From Candidatus Wolfebacteria bacterium RIFCSPLOWO2_01_FULL_47_17b (GTDB lineage Bacteria; Patescibacteriota; Minisyncoccia; UBA6257; JAGOQP01): a stretch of 64,000 bases of DNA. Positions 19,775-29,996 of the stretch are shown here, one piece after another; the first letter of the stretch is position 1; the number at the start of each line of letters is the position of its first letter. The notes beneath the pieces were generated by a model. That model had not been told where the DNA came from. It saw only the letters and a list, made by a program, of their open reading frames with translations, and ran no database searches. Where the stretch lies: positions 21,525 through 85,524 of the forward strand of contig MGIS01000024.1 of the NCBI GenBank assembly GCA_001793865.1. Reading direction: 5' to 3'. Both the position numbers and the translations under genes were made by a program.

Positions 19775-19913
19775 ATGAACCCCGCTAGAAGCCCTTGGCT
19801 GAAAATTTTTAACGAAATTTTCTGCGGGGCGCGAGCGGGGAGTTGTGCTATGGATAATCAAGTCACCCGAAATGAGCATGGGCTCTATAAGGACAGGCTT
19901 CTAACGGGGTGAA
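19775..19913 (+). mobile_element. CCCGTTAGAAG-type mini-element on a start codon
   Basis: ATGAA-C-CCCGCTAGAAG...CTTCTAACGGG-GTGAA; internal similarity to 58502-58640. Confidence 0.8.
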
Positions 19914-20685
19914 TCGCTCGCGGACATACTTTTCCGTGTTTTTAGGCATAGTGATACTTTTTGTATCCTATTATGTTTCGCAATCTCTCTTTTTTTCGCG
20001 AAATAACGACAAGGATGCTCCTATCTCAAAAATTTTCAGTAGTGGAACGACTCCGAAGTTCGCCGAATCAATATCGGCAGGAAGTGTTTCCAATGTAAAT
20101 CTTACGCAGGCGCTCGTGAGCGATATAAGTGAGGATTTTTATACCAAAGTTGAAGGTCTCGACGCGCAAGGGCGTGAAGATCTATTCGCGCAAATTAAAG
20201 CGGGAAACGCGGAAAGTCTTAGCTTTGCGAATGTCGATCCCGATACGTTTGCGCAGCAGTTAACTCCCGAGCTTATCGGTATTCGTAACGAGATTTCGGA
20301 CGATGAAATAAAGTCAGATCCGAAGAATGATGTGGAAGCGTATAAAAAGCGTTACTTGCTTGCGGTAACCGATGTGCAGCTGCTTGTTTCTTCGCAAGAT
20401 GCAGCCGGAGTACTGCAATCCTTTATGGATCAAGGGGATGTCTCTGGACTGAACGCGATTGTGAACGCACATCGGGAGACATACGGCGCTTTACTGGACA
20501 TTCCGGTTCCCAAGAATGCGCTTGAATTCCATAAAAAGAATTTATTGTATTTTTCCAATTCTGCCGCTATCTACACTGCGCTTGGGCAATACCAATCCGA
20601 TCCTTTAAAAGGATACCTTGCGGTGCAGTATATGGGATCCATTTATCGGTTGTGGGATGAAATTTATTCAAGCGGCATTTTATGA
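19909..20685 (+). CDS. Membrane-anchored hypothetical protein, first gene of T4SS-like cluster
   Basis: 258 aa, N-terminal TM, overlaps the next gene. Confidence 0.7.
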   Translation: MNRSRTYFSVFLGIVILFVSYYVSQSLFFSRNNDKDAPISKIFSSGTTPKFAESISAGSVSNVNLTQALVSDISEDFYTKVEGLDAQGREDLFAQIKAGNAESLSFANVDPDTFAQQLTPELIGIRNEISDDEIKSDPKNDVEAYKKRYLLAVTDVQLLVSSQDAAGVLQSFMDQGDVSGLNAIVNAHRETYGALLDIPVPKNALEFHKKNLLYFSNSAAIYTALGQYQSDPLKGYLAVQYMGSIYRLWDEIYSSGIL

Positions 20686-22679
20686 AACGGACTATTTTGA
20701 TTTTAATAATATGTACGGTTGTGGGATCGACCCTTGGTTTTCTGGTCCCGCCTCGGCGTGTGCACGCCCAAGCCGACGGTTCAGGGTGGGCGATATTCGG
20801 GGAAATGCTTGCGGAATGGGGCAAGACGATTTTGAAGTGGGTCGAGGATGAATTATGGCCGGTGCTTCGTGACCAAGCGGTGAAGCGGATAGTTGATGAT
20901 CTTACCGATCAGATAATAGATTCAATAGAAAACGGAGGAGAACCATTGTTTATACAGGATCCGCTGGGTGAATTACAGAGGGTGGGAGATATTACGTTTG
21001 ATACGTTTAATTCATATCTGGGAAGTGAAACGGGTGTAAACTTATGTGCGCCTTTTCAGGCTGAACTTTCATTATATTTTCAAACAACATTTCAACGAGA
21101 GCAGCCATTTGGGCTTCCTGTGCAATGTACATTTAGCGAATTTCAGCAGGCGTTGCAGGATAGCGCCCATTTGATTGAACGTGGTGGATGGGTGACGTTC
21201 CAGCAGGCATTTATTCCGAGTAATAATTTCTTCGGGGCATCTCTTCTTGTCGATCAAGCGTATATGAATGAGACACAGCGAAAGCTTAAAGAAGCAAGCG
21301 ACAGAATGAATAGAAATTTAGGATTTGACGATGTGAGTCTTTGTACCCAGTGGCGTAATCCTCGCTCAGGAGATCTGGCCGTTTCTGAGAACGAGGCGTA
21401 TAGCATGGCGCTTGAAATGAGTGGATACGCGATGCCGCTGACTCAAGACCAGGATCAACAAGTACAGAACATAATGGAAGGCCTTTGTACAAGACGCGAA
21501 ACGCTTACGCCCGGAAGCATTGTAGCGGAAGCTGCTACAAAAGGAGTTTTGAAAGATTTTGAATACGCGGCGAATGTGCAGAGTATCATATCCGCGCTTA
21601 TCAACACCGCGTTAAGCAAGGTGTTTGATAAAGACAAGGGAGGGCTGCTTGCGGCGCATAGTTCGGTGCGAGGGACGAGCTTTGGTTACGAGTCATATAC
21701 CGGCAAGACGTTCAAAGATCAGGTTGACGCGGCTATACGTGATTTGGAGGCGAAAAAAGAATCGTACTACGGGATCAACGCATACCTGCAGGTCCTGGAG
21801 CCGAAGATACTACATGCAAGAAGAGGCGCCCTTTCGGCAATAGCCCTATGTACGAACTGGTATGATACAAATAAAAATAATAACGAAGGGGGCGCTATCG
21901 GCTATCCACATTTCGGATATGTTATTTATGATCCGCAAGAAGGCATGCGTGTAACGGCAACTTTGGGAGATTTAGTTGAAATTCCGTTCGCGTCTTCCTC
22001 GCCTCTTTTTGCCGATTCGTGGGAAACGCTTTTTGACAGCAGTCCGGACAGCAACGGAGGGTTTTTTATGCGGGATCCTACGATGGGCGAGCCCCTCGCA
22101 CATGAAGGATACTTCACTGGGCTTGAGCGCGCGAGACGCGCCGCGCGGGACGCATTAAACGGCACCCCTGAGAATCCCGAAGGTATTTCGCGGCGTCTTG
22201 AGGGATACCTTGCCGAATTGCGGGCGATTCAAACCAATCCTGAAACCGGAATAAAGAATGCTGTTATCGCGTCATTGCAAGCGGGACCGCCGTCTTTGAC
22301 GGCAGACGAAGCGCGGGCAATATTCGAATCCGCGAGCTCCACTTTTGTTCTTGAATATATCGCGGATTCGACCGACCGCATGAACAGGATTCTTGGCATT
22401 GCGACAAGGGAATTCTCAGATTACACAAGCGAATTTTCTGTTGTGGTCAGCGATGCCGTAAGGCAAAGTTCATACGGGTCTGGGCCAGGAAACCTGAATA
22501 TAGCCAACCTTTCGCTCTCCGCGACACTCGATTCCCTTATCCAGGGATTCACAACCACTCCGTACGGGGCGTTTGTTGATTCCCGTCCGTGGACCGGGTC
22601 GCTTCATATAAAGAATCTTATCCGTAATAGTATTCCTGGAGAATATTCCCCCATGTTTTTCTGTGAAAATAGGACATGA
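20682..22679 (+). CDS. Exported hypothetical protein (T4SS-like cluster)
   Basis: 665 aa, signal peptide ending VHA-Q, helical, ATGA-coupled. Confidence 0.7.
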   Translation: MKRTILILIICTVVGSTLGFLVPPRRVHAQADGSGWAIFGEMLAEWGKTILKWVEDELWPVLRDQAVKRIVDDLTDQIIDSIENGGEPLFIQDPLGELQRVGDITFDTFNSYLGSETGVNLCAPFQAELSLYFQTTFQREQPFGLPVQCTFSEFQQALQDSAHLIERGGWVTFQQAFIPSNNFFGASLLVDQAYMNETQRKLKEASDRMNRNLGFDDVSLCTQWRNPRSGDLAVSENEAYSMALEMSGYAMPLTQDQDQQVQNIMEGLCTRRETLTPGSIVAEAATKGVLKDFEYAANVQSIISALINTALSKVFDKDKGGLLAAHSSVRGTSFGYESYTGKTFKDQVDAAIRDLEAKKESYYGINAYLQVLEPKILHARRGALSAIALCTNWYDTNKNNNEGGAIGYPHFGYVIYDPQEGMRVTATLGDLVEIPFASSSPLFADSWETLFDSSPDSNGGFFMRDPTMGEPLAHEGYFTGLERARRAARDALNGTPENPEGISRRLEGYLAELRAIQTNPETGIKNAVIASLQAGPPSLTADEARAIFESASSTFVLEYIADSTDRMNRILGIATREFSDYTSEFSVVVSDAVRQSSYGSGPGNLNIANLSLSATLDSLIQGFTTTPYGAFVDSRPWTGSLHIKNLIRNSIPGEYSPMFFCENRT

Positions 22680-24880
22680 AAAACCGCGCATTTAAAGTTT
22701 TTCTTATAAGCTGTATCATCTTTACACTGATTGTGGTGCCGTTTTTCGCGCAGGGACAGGTGCAGAATGCTCCTTCGGGGCTTCAGGATGTGGGGAGCAT
22801 AAACATCCCCATTATCGGGTTTGTGGTTAAGGCAATTCTGTATCTTGGTCTTGTTATTGAGGGACTTTTTATAGCGCTTGTGGGACAGTTTGTCGGGATA
22901 GCGCTTGGATTTAATGCAACGATTCTGAATTTTGATCCTCCCTTTATTACTATCGGATGGAGTTTGTTCAGGGACATCGCAAACCTTGGATTTGTCATCG
23001 GTATTGTGGTGATAGCGGTGATGACCATATTGCGGGTAAAAGGGTATCAGGCGCAGCAAATTTTGTGGAAGCTTGTTGTGGCGGCGCTTGTGGTGAACTT
23101 CAGCTTGCTTATAGGAGGCGCTATTATAGCTCCCGCGAACGCAATCTCGTGTTTTATTCTTTCATATTTTGGTCCGGGGGGAGAATGTACCGATGGAGCC
23201 ATGTACTCCGCGCAGATCGGGGACTCTTTTAGGTTTATCGATATTTCGACAAACGTTGCGCGGTGGTCCGATGGGCTTCTCTCGAATCTTGGTTCGATTG
23301 TTGGCATAGGAGACAGTGCGAGTTTGCTGGTGATCGCGAGCATGGCCGTAGTACTTATATTCGGGCTTGTGATGTTTCTTACGCTGCTCGCCATAGCGGG
23401 GATGCTCTTTCTGCGCTATTTTTATCTCTCGTTTTTACTTATTATTTCTCCAGTTGTGTGGCTGTTGTGGATATTTCCACATACAAAACAGCATTTCAGG
23501 AAATGGTGGAGTAAATTTATACACTGGGTTCTGTACGCGCCGTTTATGCTCCTTTTTATATATCTCGCGCTGCGGGTGCTGGACTTGTACGCGGATTCTC
23601 CTAATGGTGTGCTTAAAAACGCAACGGCGAGCGATTTTACGTGGATCGCGGGTGGGGATAATACCGGTATAAACTTTGGACTCCTGATGACAAGCATATT
23701 TGCGTCGGCGATTCTGATAGGCGGGCTGAAGCTTGCTGCGGAAATGGGGCACGGCGGGACGACGCTTGCATTGGGTGCGGTAACTGGAATGCAGAAGTGG
23801 GGGAAGAATTATATAAAGACAAAATCACAGCGGGCAGGAGCGCGGGCTGGAGTTGTCACAGCTGGAAAAGCATCAGCGGGATTGCGGGGGACTATGCAGA
23901 AGTGGTCTGAAAAATCTGGAACTTGGGGGAAGGTTGGTAAGGTTGCGTCAAAGATGACAGCACCTTTGCAACGTGGAGGCATACAGATGGAAGCAGCTCT
24001 TCAGAAAAAAGCATACGAAGGCATAGAAGAAAAGAAGAAGACATACGCAAAACTGTCCACGGATCAGCAAATTGCAATGTTGAAAACGACGGGAGGTGTT
24101 GAGGGACGAGCGGCCTTGCTCGAATTACTTGAAGGAGCGGATCAGTTGAGTGTCAAGAATACCGCTGGAATTGATACGTCCGCTGTCATAGCGGACATGG
24201 CGAAGAAAGGTAGAGGGAAAGAAGCTGCTAAGGTTGCAAAAAAGTTAGGCAAGAGCATTGATGTTGCGCGTCTTGAGACGGAAGGAAAGCAAGATGAAAA
24301 TGGCTGGTACATTGAATCAAAAACAGAATTTGGGCCTGATGGTAAAACGCCGAAAAGGGTATATGAAGGAGAAATATTTGATAAGGTGTTCGAGGGATTT
24401 TCGAAAGACGATATACAAAATTTTGTCAAAAATAATAAGGATTCATTTACAAAGGATCCTCTTGGCACAAACACACAGGTTTCAGACCGGCATCGAGACG
24501 CATATCGGGAGCGTTTGAGAGCTCAGATATTAAACCCACTTTCAAACTTTTCACAAAATATTTCGCTCGTGCTTAAGGGCGCGAAAGATAAAATGGCATT
24601 TTATGAGCAGATGGTTAAGGAATTGGTTCAGGAAGTGGGAAGGGAAACTGTTAAGATAAATGGCCTGAATGTAAATCTTTCCAAAATGGCCTCTCAGCGT
24701 TTTGCGCAGGGTGATGTCGATGGAGCATTTGAGTTGCTTGAGCAATCACAACATGAAAATGTCTCAAAGATGGCTAAGAAGTTAGGTAAAACTATGGGAG
24801 CACAGCTTATATCCGCGTTTGAAGGCGCTAGGGCTCCAGGTGAGCCAGAAGGAGAAAAGAAAGCAGAAAAAGAAAAATAG
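22676..24880 (+). CDS. VirB6/TrbL-like polytopic membrane protein with charged C-terminal tail
   Basis: GWSLFRDIANL, LVVAALVVNFS, FLRYFYLSFLLIISPVVWLLWIFP..WWSKF pattern; next to PrgI/VirB4. Confidence 0.7.
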   Translation: MKNRAFKVFLISCIIFTLIVVPFFAQGQVQNAPSGLQDVGSINIPIIGFVVKAILYLGLVIEGLFIALVGQFVGIALGFNATILNFDPPFITIGWSLFRDIANLGFVIGIVVIAVMTILRVKGYQAQQILWKLVVAALVVNFSLLIGGAIIAPANAISCFILSYFGPGGECTDGAMYSAQIGDSFRFIDISTNVARWSDGLLSNLGSIVGIGDSASLLVIASMAVVLIFGLVMFLTLLAIAGMLFLRYFYLSFLLIISPVVWLLWIFPHTKQHFRKWWSKFIHWVLYAPFMLLFIYLALRVLDLYADSPNGVLKNATASDFTWIAGGDNTGINFGLLMTSIFASAILIGGLKLAAEMGHGGTTLALGAVTGMQKWGKNYIKTKSQRAGARAGVVTAGKASAGLRGTMQKWSEKSGTWGKVGKVASKMTAPLQRGGIQMEAALQKKAYEGIEEKKKTYAKLSTDQQIAMLKTTGGVEGRAALLELLEGADQLSVKNTAGIDTSAVIADMAKKGRGKEAAKVAKKLGKSIDVARLETEGKQDENGWYIESKTEFGPDGKTPKRVYEGEIFDKVFEGFSKDDIQNFVKNNKDSFTKDPLGTNTQVSDRHRDAYRERLRAQILNPLSNFSQNISLVLKGAKDKMAFYEQMVKELVQEVGRETVKINGLNVNLSKMASQRFAQGDVDGAFELLEQSQHENVSKMAKKLGKTMGAQLISAFEGARAPGEPEGEKKAEKEK

Positions 24881-24885
24881 CACAC

Positions 24886-25923
24886 ATGATTCAGATTTCT
24901 CAACAACAACTTGAACGACGATGGGATGAGGCGCCAGACGAGATTCGGGACGGCATATTTTCGGATGAAAATAATGATGAGTTGGACAGGATAGGAGTCA
25001 CATATACTTTGAATCGTCAGCAGGAAAAAGATCTGGCATATCTGTGCCTGGTTACGTTCTTGGGATTCATCACCACGAAAGATGTATACAACCAGTTGCT
25101 GGAATTTTTCGGAGGAAATGCAAAGAGTGCGTACGATGTGTATGTGCTGTTGGATGTGAAGCTGTTCGGGCCGGTAAAGGGGCAAATAGAGGCGTTTCGG
25201 AAGACGCACTGGATTCCGGATGAGCAGGCCGATGTTCAACTTTCCCAGACCAAGGTTGAACCTCCACGCATGGAACAGAGGGTGGATTTGAAGAAGAGAC
25301 CGGAGAAAGATGCGGTCAATTTAAAAACAGAAGAGATTAAAAAGGTGGAGTCGGAGCCTGGACCGGTGGTGGTGTCACAAGTTAGAAGTGAGAAGCTAGA
25401 AGTGAGAAGTGAACAAAAAGAGCAAGTCCCCGCTGCTGTTCTTCCAACCTCCAACTTCCAACCCCTAACTTCTCAACCGAAATTGTTTTCGCCACACGAT
25501 TTTCACTTGAGAGGTGAGAAGTGGGCTGTGAGTAGTGAGAAAACTCAGTCTTCACAATCCGTAACTCAAAACCCACAACCCACTACTCAAAACCTAGACG
25601 AAGGGCCCATCATTCTTCACAAAAAGGAGGAATCTATTCCGATTGCGGAAGCGAATAGGTATAAAGAATATAAAAATATATCGGCGGGAGGATTTTTGGG
25701 GTCGTTTGGAAGCATATTCAACAGGAAGCGGGAACAGCAGAATCAGGCGCCGAGGGCGAGCGTGGAGATACCGGAGGCGTATACCGAAAACCGTATACCG
25801 TATACCGAATCAGGGAAGGTAGGGGAGAAAGTTCCGGTGAAGGTGAAGAATTTCGGAGATGAGCGAAGCAATGTGCAGTACAGTGATTATAGGACATATC
25901 TAAAACAAAGAGACCAGAGTTAA
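24886..25923 (+). CDS. Hypothetical protein with several translated repeat insertions
   Basis: 345 aa; globular N-terminus, repeat-derived low-complexity C-terminal half. Confidence 0.7.
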   Translation: MIQISQQQLERRWDEAPDEIRDGIFSDENNDELDRIGVTYTLNRQQEKDLAYLCLVTFLGFITTKDVYNQLLEFFGGNAKSAYDVYVLLDVKLFGPVKGQIEAFRKTHWIPDEQADVQLSQTKVEPPRMEQRVDLKKRPEKDAVNLKTEEIKKVESEPGPVVVSQVRSEKLEVRSEQKEQVPAAVLPTSNFQPLTSQPKLFSPHDFHLRGEKWAVSSEKTQSSQSVTQNPQPTTQNLDEGPIILHKKEESIPIAEANRYKEYKNISAGGFLGSFGSIFNRKREQQNQAPRASVEIPEAYTENRIPYTESGKVGEKVPVKVKNFGDERSNVQYSDYRTYLKQRDQS

Positions 25924-26028
25924 TTTTTAATTATGATTTTCGAATTTCGAATCAATTTTAAATGACTGAATTTCTAAAATCAATACATTCGAGTTTGACT
26001 CGAAATTCAAAATTAGAAATTCGGGATT
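25921..26028. repeat. AT-rich hairpin element, family A, empty copy
   Basis: Near-identical to 45052-45163 and 41607-41716. Confidence 0.85.
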
Positions 26029-26039
26029 ATACCTAAAAC

Positions 26040-26558
26040 ATGCAATTTTCAGTACCACAATTCATTGATGTTGAAAGCAAGATTGTCGGGCCGCTGACCA
26101 TCAAGCAATTTGTGCTGGTGGCGGTGCCGGCATTGTTGACATTTGTGCTCTTTTTCGTACTGCACATTGCCTTCTGGATTCCGATCGCGGCAATCTTGGT
26201 TGGCGTTGGTGTATCGTTTGCTTTCATAAAAGTAGACTCCCGTCCTTTGTATATGATTGCGCTCTATGCCCTCAAATTCTTTTGGCAGCCGAAACTGTAT
26301 TTATGGAAGCCGGCGGTTATAACCGAGAAAGTTATTATTCCCGAGATACAAAAGAAACGATTCGAGCTTAAGACACTTATACCCGATTTTTCGAAGGTCA
26401 ATAAGCTATGGCAGGACATGACCACGACTAAAAACCCCATTCCGAAGCGCGAAAAAATACTTCCCAAAGCGATGCTGCAAGAAGTGCAAGAACAGTACCA
26501 GGTGTTTAGAAAATTGAGCGGCGAACGGGAGATAGCGAAGAGAGTGGACTTTAGATGA
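26040..26558 (+). CDS. PrgI family (VirB3-like) membrane protein
   Basis: MQFSVPQFIDVESKIVGPLTIKQF followed by 2 TM. Confidence 0.88.
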   Translation: MQFSVPQFIDVESKIVGPLTIKQFVLVAVPALLTFVLFFVLHIAFWIPIAAILVGVGVSFAFIKVDSRPLYMIALYALKFFWQPKLYLWKPAVITEKVIIPEIQKKRFELKTLIPDFSKVNKLWQDMTTTKNPIPKREKILPKAMLQEVQEQYQVFRKLSGEREIAKRVDFR

Positions 26559-27013
26559 AAATTTTGAATTTCGAGTTCTGAATTTCGAATCAATTTTAAA
26601 TTATTGAATTATGAAGAACAGGCTGTCAGATACAACATATAACCTTGAAGAGCGAACCGCCGCATTTGGTGAAAAGATTATTAAACTCTGCAGAAGCATC
26701 CCGCAAGATGTTATCACGAAACCAATCATTAATCAGCTCATCCGTTCCGGGACGAGTATAGGTGCAAATTATATGGAAGCGAATGCCGCTAGCTCAAGGA
26801 AAGATTTCAAGAACAAGATTTTTATCTGTAAGAAAGAATCTCAAGAAACGCAGCATTGGCTTAGGATGATGGCACAATGCGTGCCGGGAAAGAAGGAGGA
26901 AATTAGAAATTTATGGAAGGAAGTGCATGAGTTGATATTAATATTTGGAAAAATTGTTTCAACATTAAGAAATTAGAATTTGAATCGAAATTCAAAATCA
27001 AGAATTCGAAATT
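26559..27013 (+). mobile_element. Family A element, filled copy: arms enclosing a four-helix-bundle gene
   Basis: Left arm 26559-26610 and right arm about 26957-27013 match the two halves of the empty copies. Confidence 0.8.
26611..26976 (+). CDS. Four-helix-bundle protein (23S rRNA IVP/Avd-like)
   Basis: LEERT..F, NQLIRSGTSIGANYMEA, SRKDFKNKIFICKKESQETQHWL. Confidence 0.92.
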   Translation: MKNRLSDTTYNLEERTAAFGEKIIKLCRSIPQDVITKPIINQLIRSGTSIGANYMEANAASSRKDFKNKIFICKKESQETQHWLRMMAQCVPGKKEEIRNLWKEVHELILIFGKIVSTLRN

Positions 27014-27075
27014 CCCAAGGAGTATCAAAACATAATTGCTTTATTAAACATAGTTTTTGCACTATACTACTATAC

Positions 27076-27738
27076 ATGGCAGAGGTGACATACGCTCCGA
27101 ACTCCACTCAGCAGTTTGTGGATGTGGAGCGGATCAAAAACGGAATTGTGGAGCTACGGAGCGGATCCATTCGGTCCGTTATTATGGTTGGCGGCGTAAA
27201 CTTCGAGCTGAAATCTGAAGAAGAACAAAACAGCATAATCGCCGCGTATCAGAATTTTTTGAACGCGCTCGATTTTTCTCTGCAGATACTGGTTCATTCG
27301 CGCAAGCTGAACATCGATCGATACCTGGATAAGATGCAAGGGATTCACGAAAAAGAGCAAAACGATCTTCTGCGCAATCAGATAGCCGAATATATCGAAT
27401 TTGTACGGGGGTTTGTGAAAGAAAATGAGATTATGGCAAAAAACTTTTTTGTCGTAGTGCCGTATGACGGAGGCGGCGTCGCGGAGCTCAAAAAAGGCAT
27501 TTCGAGCGTGCTACCGTTTTTCGGTAAGAAGAAGAATGCTGCAAAGGGAAAACAGGAGACCTATGAGCAGAAAGTGGTGCAGCTTAAGCAGCGCGTGGAT
27601 GAGGTGGTAAGCGGGCTTGAGCGGATCGGTCTGCGGGCAATCCCGTTGCAGGACGATGAGCTCACGGAGCTATATTACAATTTATACAATCCGGAAACAG
27701 TCGAAAAAGAACTGAAAAAACATGGAGCAGAAGATTAG
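27076..27738 (+). CDS. TraC/VirB4 N-terminal-like protein
   Basis: STQQFVDV, VNFELKSEEEQ, FLNALDFSLQI, FFVVVPY; directly precedes the VirB4 ATPase. Confidence 0.75.
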   Translation: MAEVTYAPNSTQQFVDVERIKNGIVELRSGSIRSVIMVGGVNFELKSEEEQNSIIAAYQNFLNALDFSLQILVHSRKLNIDRYLDKMQGIHEKEQNDLLRNQIAEYIEFVRGFVKENEIMAKNFFVVVPYDGGGVAELKKGISSVLPFFGKKKNAAKGKQETYEQKVVQLKQRVDEVVSGLERIGLRAIPLQDDELTELYYNLYNPETVEKELKKHGAED

Positions 27739-29476
27739 GATTTCACAAAAGAATATTTCGGAGGACAGTGAAGTGAAAAATCTTATCGCTCCGGCGGCAA
27801 TCCAGTCCAATCAGTCGCACTTGAAGGTGGGAAATAAATTTGCGAAGACGTTTTTTGTTTTTTCGTACCCACGGTATCTTTCGAGCGGATGGTTTTCGCC
27901 GATTATCAATCTCGCGAAGTTGTTTGATATATCCATTTTTGTGCACCCGGTGGATACCGCGTTGGCGCTTCGCAATTTGCGCAAAAAAGCGGCGCAGGTT
28001 GAAGCCGAGATTCTGGACAGGCAGGAAAAGGGATATGTGCGGGACCCCATGCTTGAAACCGCGTTCGGCGACATCGAGGGCTTGCGGGATAATCTTCAAC
28101 AGGCGCAGGAGCGGTTGTTCGATACGGCGGTGTACGTAACCATCTATGCCGAGACGCTTGAAAAATTGCAGGAATTGGAGGATACACTGGTGAACTTATT
28201 TGAGAGCAAGCTCATATACATCAAACCGGCAATTTTCCAGCAGGTGGAGGGCCTCGTGTCTACGTTGCCGCTCGCGCAAGACAAGCTTGCGATTCATACG
28301 CCTCTGAATTCCGGCCCGGTATCGTCGTTTTTTCCGTTCACGTCCATGGATCTTACGTCGGAGAACGGGATAATGTATGGCATAAATTTGCACAATAATT
28401 CGCTTGTGCTCTTCGATCGATTTTCTTTGGAAAACGCGAACCAGGTTGTGTTCGCCAAGTCGGGAAGCGGAAAATCGTACGCAACGAAGCTGGAAATTTT
28501 GCGTACGCTTATGATGGGGACCGAGGTAATCGTGGTGGATCCGGAAAAAGAGTACAAGAATTTGTGTGATACCGTTGGAGGCACGTATTTCAATGTATCG
28601 CTTACGTCGGATCAGCACATAAATCCTTTCGACATACCATTCGTACCGGAAGGAGAAGATCCGGCAGATGTATTTCGTTCACACATACTGACGATGGCGG
28701 GGCTTTTGAAGATTATGTTGGGAGATATTGCCGTGGAAGAAGAAGCTCTTCTGGACCGGGCTATAAGTGAAACATACTCGTCGTTCGACATTACACCGGA
28801 TAATCCTAACTTTTTAAAACTGGATGCGCCTCTTCTGTCCGATTTTGAGACCGTTTTGCGAAATATGGAGGGCGGAAAAGATATGGCGGAACGATTGTAT
28901 AAATATACACAAGGAAGCTACGCGGGGTTCGTGAATCAAAAGACAAATATAGATGTGCAGAACCGGCTGGTTGCGTTTTCAATACGAGATTTGGAGGACG
29001 AGCTGCGGCCGATTGCCATGTATGTCATCCTTAACTTTATTTGGAACTTGGTGCGGTCGCAGATGAAACGGCGCATACTTGTGATAGATGAAGCATGGGT
29101 GATGATGAAATACCCCGAAGGGGCAGCCTTTTTGTTCGGGATGGCGAAGCGCGGGCGTAAATATTACCTAGGCCTTACCACTATCACGCAGGAAGTTGAC
29201 GACTTTCTGAATTCGCCGTATGGGAAGCCTATTATCACCAACTCGTCGTTACAGCTTCTTTTGAAGCAAGCACCAGCGACCATAGATACGGTTGCAAAGA
29301 CGTTCAACCTGACCGAAGCGGAGAAGAATCTTTTGCTTGAGGCGGGCGTGGGACAGGGAGTGTTTTTCGCGGGATTGAAGCATGTTGCCATGCAGGTGGT
29401 GGCCTCGTACTTTGAGGATAAAATTATTACGACCAAGCCGCAACAATTATTATCGGAAGAGGAGCCACTCGTATAA
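27722..29476 (+). CDS. virB4: VirB4-like type IV secretion ATPase
   Basis: Walker A AKSGSGKS, VVDPEKEY, INPFD, Walker B LVIDEAW, KRGRKY, TITQ. Confidence 0.92.
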   Translation: MEQKIRISQKNISEDSEVKNLIAPAAIQSNQSHLKVGNKFAKTFFVFSYPRYLSSGWFSPIINLAKLFDISIFVHPVDTALALRNLRKKAAQVEAEILDRQEKGYVRDPMLETAFGDIEGLRDNLQQAQERLFDTAVYVTIYAETLEKLQELEDTLVNLFESKLIYIKPAIFQQVEGLVSTLPLAQDKLAIHTPLNSGPVSSFFPFTSMDLTSENGIMYGINLHNNSLVLFDRFSLENANQVVFAKSGSGKSYATKLEILRTLMMGTEVIVVDPEKEYKNLCDTVGGTYFNVSLTSDQHINPFDIPFVPEGEDPADVFRSHILTMAGLLKIMLGDIAVEEEALLDRAISETYSSFDITPDNPNFLKLDAPLLSDFETVLRNMEGGKDMAERLYKYTQGSYAGFVNQKTNIDVQNRLVAFSIRDLEDELRPIAMYVILNFIWNLVRSQMKRRILVIDEAWVMMKYPEGAAFLFGMAKRGRKYYLGLTTITQEVDDFLNSPYGKPIITNSSLQLLLKQAPATIDTVAKTFNLTEAEKNLLLEAGVGQGVFFAGLKHVAMQVVASYFEDKIITTKPQQLLSEEEPLV

Positions 29477-29895
29477 TGGAAGAGGTACAAGAAGGAATTG
29501 AACAAGTAGATGAATCGGTGGAATTGTCCGAAGAAACTGAAGAAGATGAGCTGAATCGTCCGCGGTTTGATATTATAGAATCGTTTTTTTTAATAGCGTT
29601 TAATGCCCTGGGGGATATTGCGGAGCTTCTCGATATAACGGGTGTCGGCGTCGTGGTGGGGCTCGCTGTTGATTTTATAAATGGACCTCTTACCGTGATG
29701 TATTTGTGGATTAAGGGCGTGCCTCGGACAGTAGGCAAAAACGCGCTTGCGCAGACGGTTGAGCTTTTCCCTTTTATCGATATTCTTCCGATACGTACCG
29801 TCGCGATAGTATATACGATATTAATTACCAATCATCCCGAGCGTTTTCGGAAACTACAGTCGGCGCTTTCTTTCGCAAAAAAGGTTAAAAAGTGA
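29476..29895 (+). CDS. Small membrane hypothetical protein
   Basis: 139 aa, acidic N-terminus, ELFPFIDILPIRT; coupled to virB4. Confidence 0.7.
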   Translation: MEEVQEGIEQVDESVELSEETEEDELNRPRFDIIESFFLIAFNALGDIAELLDITGVGVVVGLAVDFINGPLTVMYLWIKGVPRTVGKNALAQTVELFPFIDILPIRTVAIVYTILITNHPERFRKLQSALSFAKKVKK

Positions 29896-29905
29896 CGGCG
29901 ATGCC

Positions 29906-29971
29906 GTCATCCTGAGCGAAGCGAAGGATCTCATGAAAACGAGGAGATTGCTTCGCTTCACTCGCAATGAC
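29906..29971. repeat. Inverted pair of GTCAT-type REP-like hairpins
   Basis: GTCATCCTGAGCGAAGCGAAGGATCTC ... GAGATTGCTTCGCTTCACTCGCAATGAC. Confidence 0.75.
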
Positions 29972-29996
29972 AAGATGTATGTTATATACTATGTGC

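Noticed and set aside
26611-26976. rRNA intervening sequence or second DGR
   Set aside because: No rRNA flanks, and no TR/VR or RT adjacent to this four-helix-bundle gene or the one at 40775.
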